Below are positions 61,001-64,000 of a stretch of DNA of 64,000 bases, piece after piece. Every line of letters starts with the position of its first letter. The first letter of the stretch is position 1. The DNA lies in contig BTWA01000025.1 in NCBI GenBank assembly GCA_045863295.1, forward strand, positions 29,230 through 93,229. The letters run 5' to 3'. Under the pieces are notes generated by a model, which was not told the origin of the DNA, searched no databases, and was given only the letters and a program-made list of their open reading frames with translations. This stretch comes from Candidatus Hydrogenedentota bacterium. Its GTDB lineage: Bacteria > Hydrogenedentota > Hydrogenedentia > Hydrogenedentales > SLHB01. The translations under genes were made by a program, and so were the position numbers.

Positions 61001-64000
61001 TACAATCATGGGGAGGCTCGGGTTCGGGTCTTGGAAACGTGTGGGGATTGGGAATAGACCAAAACGATGTCGTTTGCGTGACGACGAGTTCGAACGTTTA
61101 TCGATTCGACACGGGCGGCACGCTCTTGGACCAATGGCCGTTGTACAATGACTGGCCGATAGGCGCGAGAGTCAGAGGGCCGGCAGGAATAGATACGCAG
61201 CCGGACGGCCGTGTTTTGATAGGTGCCGCTGGCAGACGGTATGTCGATGTCTACGACTCCATAGGCAACTATATCGAAGTTTGGGACGGAAGCTATGGAG
61301 CGCGCGACGAGCAGTTTCAGTTTGTGGTCGATATCGAAGTAGGGCCTGACAATCTGGTCTACGTTGTGGATGATCTCAACCACCGCATCGCACGATACTC
61401 AAGAGACGGTATCTTGGAGAGCGTCATTGGCGGCTTTCCAGGCGCCGGGCAGTTTAATCGCCCGACCGCCATGAGCTTCTGTTCGGACGGAACGTTTTTT
61501 GTTGCTGATTCCCAGAACGAAAGAGTACTGCGTTTTGACACCGACGGCACTCCAATTTCAAATTGGCCCATTTCCGGGTTTAAAGGTGAGGAAGACTGGT
61601 CTCCACGTGCCATGGCGATTTCTGCCGCGGATGAGTTGTATTTGACCGATGCGAATCATCATCGCGTAGTTGTGTATGACCTCGCAGGGAATCTCTTGCG
61701 CGAGTGGGGGCAAAGCGGTACTGGAGTAGGTGAACTCTCAGCGCCATGGGGGATTTGTGTCGACGGAGACGGGTTTGTATACATTGCAGATACCGGCAAT
61801 CACCGTATTCAAAAGTTCAGCCCAACTGGCCAATATATAAGTAATTTTGGCGGCAATCCCCTTCTCTTCTTTCCCACATCAGTTACATTTCTGGCATCTT
61901 CCGAAACCTTGCACGTGACGGACGATGCAGGACACATTACGCAGTTTTCCAAGTCCGGCGACTTTCTTGGTCAGTGGGGCGGCGGTGTAGGGACTCTCGC
62001 GGGCACCTTCTTATATCCCGCAGGCGTGGCATTTGATTTAGATGGTACTGCATACGTTGCGGATACCATGGCCAGCCGTGTGCAGAAGTTTCGTTTCGAG
62101 AATCGTACATCCAGAAGTAAGGCAATTGTCATTTCGGCGGGCGGTCCATACATCGGCAACAATTTATGGGATGCTACGCAGGCGTCGGCGAATTTTGCGT
62201 ACCGTGCGTTGACGTATCAGGGGTTCACGAAGGAGACAATTCATTACTTGTCTTCGGACACGGACCTTGACCTGGACGAGAACGGGGTGGCGGACGACGT
62301 GGACGGGGACGTGACGCTGTCTAATCTTCAGTCGGCGATGACGGTGTGGGCGCCGCAGGCGTTGGGGGGTCTTCCCATTGGGGACGTGGTGGTGTACTTG
62401 GTGGATCACGGGGGTCCGGGCACATTCCGGATGAGCGGTACGGAGACGCTGGACGCATCGGCCTTTGCTGCGTGGTGCAACACATTGCAGGCGGGGATTG
62501 AGGGCAAGCTTATTGTGGTGTACGACGCTTGCGAGTCGGGCACGTTCGTGGGTCCGTTGCAGTCGTCGCCGTACGCGGGCCGGCGGATAGTGGCGACGAG
62601 CACGTCGCCGGGCGAGGATGCGAGCTTTGTCAGCACAGGGACGATTTCCTTTTCCAACTATTTTTGGACTCAGGTGTTCAACGGTTCGACGGTGAAGGCG
62701 GCGTTCGACGTGGCGGCGGAGGCAATGGGCGAGACCTTCGAATTCCAGACGCCGTTGTTGGACGACAACTCGAACGGGTCGGGGAACGACGGGGGGGACG
62801 GCACGGTGGCCGCCCTCACCTACATTGGCAATGGCGTGCAACAGTATTGGGAAGGCCCGGTGATTGGCGGGGTATCGCCGGACCAGCAACTGGACGGCGT
62901 AGCCTCGGCGGACATGTATGCCGAGCCGGTGACCGATGCGGACGGGGTGGCGTCGGTGTGGGCCGTGGTGCGGCCGCCGGACGTGTCGGGTTCGTCAAGC
63001 AACCCGGTGACGGGGTTGCCCAGCGTGACGCTTTCGCATGTGACGGGGACAGATCGTTGGGAATCCAGTTTTGACGGATTCACGTCCGAGGGCACGTACA
63101 CGATTCTATTTTACGCCAGGGACACTCAAGGCAACACGTCGGCGCCGGTGAAGACGACCGTGTCGGTGACGAATCCGCTAACGCGCAAGGCGCTGTTGGT
63201 GGTGGGCGGCAATGCAGCCTCGCTGCAGTGGCCGATGATCGAGCGGTTGGGCCAGGTGGCTTATTCCTCGTTGGTGTCCCAGGGGTACCGTCCCGAGGAT
63301 GTGTATTACCTCAGCCGGACGTCGACGGCGGGGGTGGACGGACTTGCCGTGCTGGCGAACGTGGCATACGCATGCACGGATTGGGCGTCGCAAGACACGC
63401 AGGATTTCACGGTTTACCTTATAGGCCCCGGTTCGTTGAGTGGCTTTTGGGTGGGCAGCACGGGAGCGGATTTTCTTTCCTATGCCCAACTGGACCAGTG
63501 GCTGGACGATTTGCAGGCGACGTTGCCGGGCAAGGTGGCGGTGGTATGCGACGCGGACAGCGCGGGTTCGATGCTGCTGGTGCTGACGCCGCCGTCGGGC
63601 AAGAAGCGCATGGTGCTGGCGAGTACGAAGGCGGGACGATTGGCGTCGTATTACCACGGCGGGGCGATCAGCTTTTCCAAGTATTTCTGGAACCAAGTGG
63701 CGAATGGAGCGACTACGAAGGAAGCGTTTGGTTTTGCGGCGCAGGCGATTTTGCACGCGGCGCACCAGGAATCCGCGTACGACGACAACGGCGACGGCGT
63801 ATACAGCACGAAGACAGACGGTTTCCTTTCCTCCACCTACTATATCGGGAACGGGTTGCTGTTGGCCGGCGACGAGCCGCTTATTGGTTCCATTAGCGAT
63901 GTGCAGGTTTTGAACGGCACATCCCAGGCGACGGTGGTGGTGGATCAAGTAACGACCACCGGCAGCATAGCCGAGGTGCTGGCCCTGGTGATTCCTCCCG
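58090..64000 (+). CDS. Giant secreted multidomain protein (beta-helix, TSP3-like Ca-binding repeats, ~12 NHL repeats, tandem caspase/C13-like peptidase domains); runs off the window end
   Basis: Frame +1 read by hand is open from ATG 58090 (upstream stop TGA 58057) to 64000, 1970 codons. It is absent from the ORF track because no stop lies in the window. Motifs: [17 protein letters not shown](I/M)/FxxN repeats, SPCIDTG..DIGAHEF, DxDxDG repeats, F..P.GIAV...[19 protein letters not shown] and YDACESG. Confidence 0.9.
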   Translation, partial: MRGTKPGRVLWGILFLFTPFMCSGTTLEWTFSSDQEDWGNESEITLGWDSREGGLLLAQPTSSTDPHFGITLASPIALTSFSEFRSKIRVVSGPSTPAGPISCQLVLTSDAGITTYSCSLYPGLNRITFQIADPDAGSMPPAGNLLSLRMDLPQSGNHVDTVFEADWIALSDVEGYYPASDDNPSGRTWYVDKDNTSGNEDGLSWPTAFTSLQSAINAADAEEGGEVWVAEGVYDEARIGDPFAEGENSGALVVNDSVRLYGGFAGSESTRNERDWDLHPTTIEGSASRDGQPAFHVVVCEHNAILDGFSISGGHTSGNVGGAGVAVRGSSATITNCRIESNSADGNGRGAIAVTAFGVCSILDCVVDANYSDSLAGGLFVDSDSRVEITGGTFQDNGAMLDGGAMYVMGSSHVEINGVKFLQNLANFGGAIYFSESFVTIVDCEFTLNSATGDGGALFNSDSNLSVTASLFDSNSAQRDGGVISGYQANNEFLSCQFIENDSSLGRAGVDAQLDITFSSYTNCLFEGNSAAVSGGALVSEGLSTLVLQNCSFLNNIRFHSATPGPGIYLNDASLTATNCAFKSTVGAVTFLSSVQVTYCCSPQPIGGTGNITADPIFLNVSPGMLRLAPNSPCIDTGQSLGSPATDILGVARPRGAEVDIGAHEFGGTDSDGDSIPDEYEGSDDFDNDGDSNANDIDSDEDGILDSIELTGDFDADGAPNYLDNDSDNDGIPDSEEGNADVDADGLPNYLDLDSDQDGWTDTSENQQGSNPYDAQDFPESPFQGGYAFERMWPPLQQPLYFYNTKDVAHDGAGNIYVADSGINQIKKFSSQGRFLTQWYTSGSNPVAVAVSSDNYLYVAERLEHAIAKYSLEGEQIWRRGSNGNTSGKFNEPWGIAVSPAGNIYVADTLNHRIQVFNVNGDYIGQWGSQGSANGQFNRPRSVDADSFGNVYVTDELNQRIQKFDATGNFLQSWGGSGSGLGNVWGLGIDQNDVVCVTTSSNVYRFDTGGTLLDQWPLYNDWPIGARVRGPAGIDTQPDGRVLIGAAGRRYVDVYDSIGNYIEVWDGSYGARDEQFQFVVDIEVGPDNLVYVVDDLNHRIARYSRDGILESVIGGFPGAGQFNRPTAMSFCSDGTFFVADSQNERVLRFDTDGTPISNWPISGFKGEEDWSPRAMAISAADELYLTDANHHRVVVYDLAGNLLREWGQSGTGVGELSAPWGICVDGDGFVYIADTGNHRIQKFSPTGQYISNFGGNPLLFFPTSVTFLASSETLHVTDDAGHITQFSKSGDFLGQWGGGVGTLAGTFLYPAGVAFDLDGTAYVADTMASRVQKFRFENRTSRSKAIVISAGGPYIGNNLWDATQASANFAYRALTYQGFTKETIHYLSSDTDLDLDENGVADDVDGDVTLSNLQSAMTVWAPQALGGLPIGDVVVYLVDHGGPGTFRMSGTETLDASAFAAWCNTLQAGIEGKLIVVYDACESGTFVGPLQSSPYAGRRIVATSTSPGEDASFVSTGTISFSNYFWTQVFNGSTVKAAFDVAAEAMGETFEFQTPLLDDNSNGSGNDGGDGTVAALTYIGNGVQQYWEGPVIGGVSPDQQLDGVASADMYAEPVTDADGVASVWAVVRPPDVSGSSSNPVTGLPSVTLSHVTGTDRWESSFDGFTSEGTYTILFYARDTQGNTSAPVKTTVSVTNPLTRKALLVVGGNAASLQWPMIERLGQVAYSSLVSQGYRPEDVYYLSRTSTAGVDGLAVLANVAYACTDWASQDTQDFTVYLIGPGSLSGFWVGSTGADFLSYAQLDQWLDDLQATLPGKVAVVCDADSAGSMLLVLTPPSGKKRMVLASTKAGRLASYYHGGAISFSKYFWNQVANGATTKEAFGFAAQAILHAAHQESAYDDNGDGVYSTKTDGFLSSTYYIGNGLLLAGDEPLIGSISDVQVLNGTSQATVVVDQVTTTGSIAEVLALVIPP

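Noticed and set aside
60097..62100. Repetitive DNA considered as a CRISPR or tandem array
   Set aside because: The repeats are degenerate and exist at the protein level (TSP3-like, NHL) within one reading frame.
524..63948. Numerous long antisense or alternative-frame ORFs (e.g. 524-1507, 24774-25619, 52560-53699, 62164-62889, 63178-63948)
   Set aside because: They are shadows of well-supported genes on the other strand or frame, expected at this GC content, and carry no motifs.

Overview
Gene-dense bacterial chromosomal window, mid-50s % GC by eye and higher in parts of the right third. It holds about 45 intact CDSs, and I saw no rRNA, tRNA, CRISPR array, transposase or integrase. The gene style (Tat sulfatases, a prepilin-like H-X9-DG-type protein, a ZAS/FecR anti-sigma, a giant NHL/C13 surface protein) suggests a diderm such as Candidatus Hydrogenedentes or a PVC-like lineage; that is inference only. 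Left to right: transglutaminase-like protein + YdbH/YdbL-like locus; GH88/oxidoreductase/esterase cluster; BASS symporter; prepilin-like gene; three tandem DUF1569/DinB-like genes; two tandem mgtE; trpDCFBA-pmbA-prepilin peptidase-orf-aroC-manA-ECF sigma/anti-sigma; MFS and SSS transporters; YVTN-phosphoesterase, GlcG, IDH-family, SDR; TetR-RND efflux operon with a clear promoter/operator; hybrid PAS kinase; two sulfatases; fucose-isomerase-like protein; FabH-like enzyme divergent from a sulfotransferase; dxs; sirtuin; sialidase-like protein. Three elements are missing from the ORF track: (1) a self-contained candidate ~107-nt sRNA on the minus strand (27800-27906) with a sigma70 promoter, an upstream CRP-type site and a strong intrinsic terminator; (2) a 42-aa entericidin-family lipoprotein gene (47294-47422); (3) a >1970-aa secreted modular protein (58090 to beyond the window end) with beta-helix, TSP3-like, ~12 NHL repeats and tandem active + degenerate caspase/C13-like peptidase domains. 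Most of the window is ordinary metabolism, and I cannot show a large new multi-gene system from the sequence alone.
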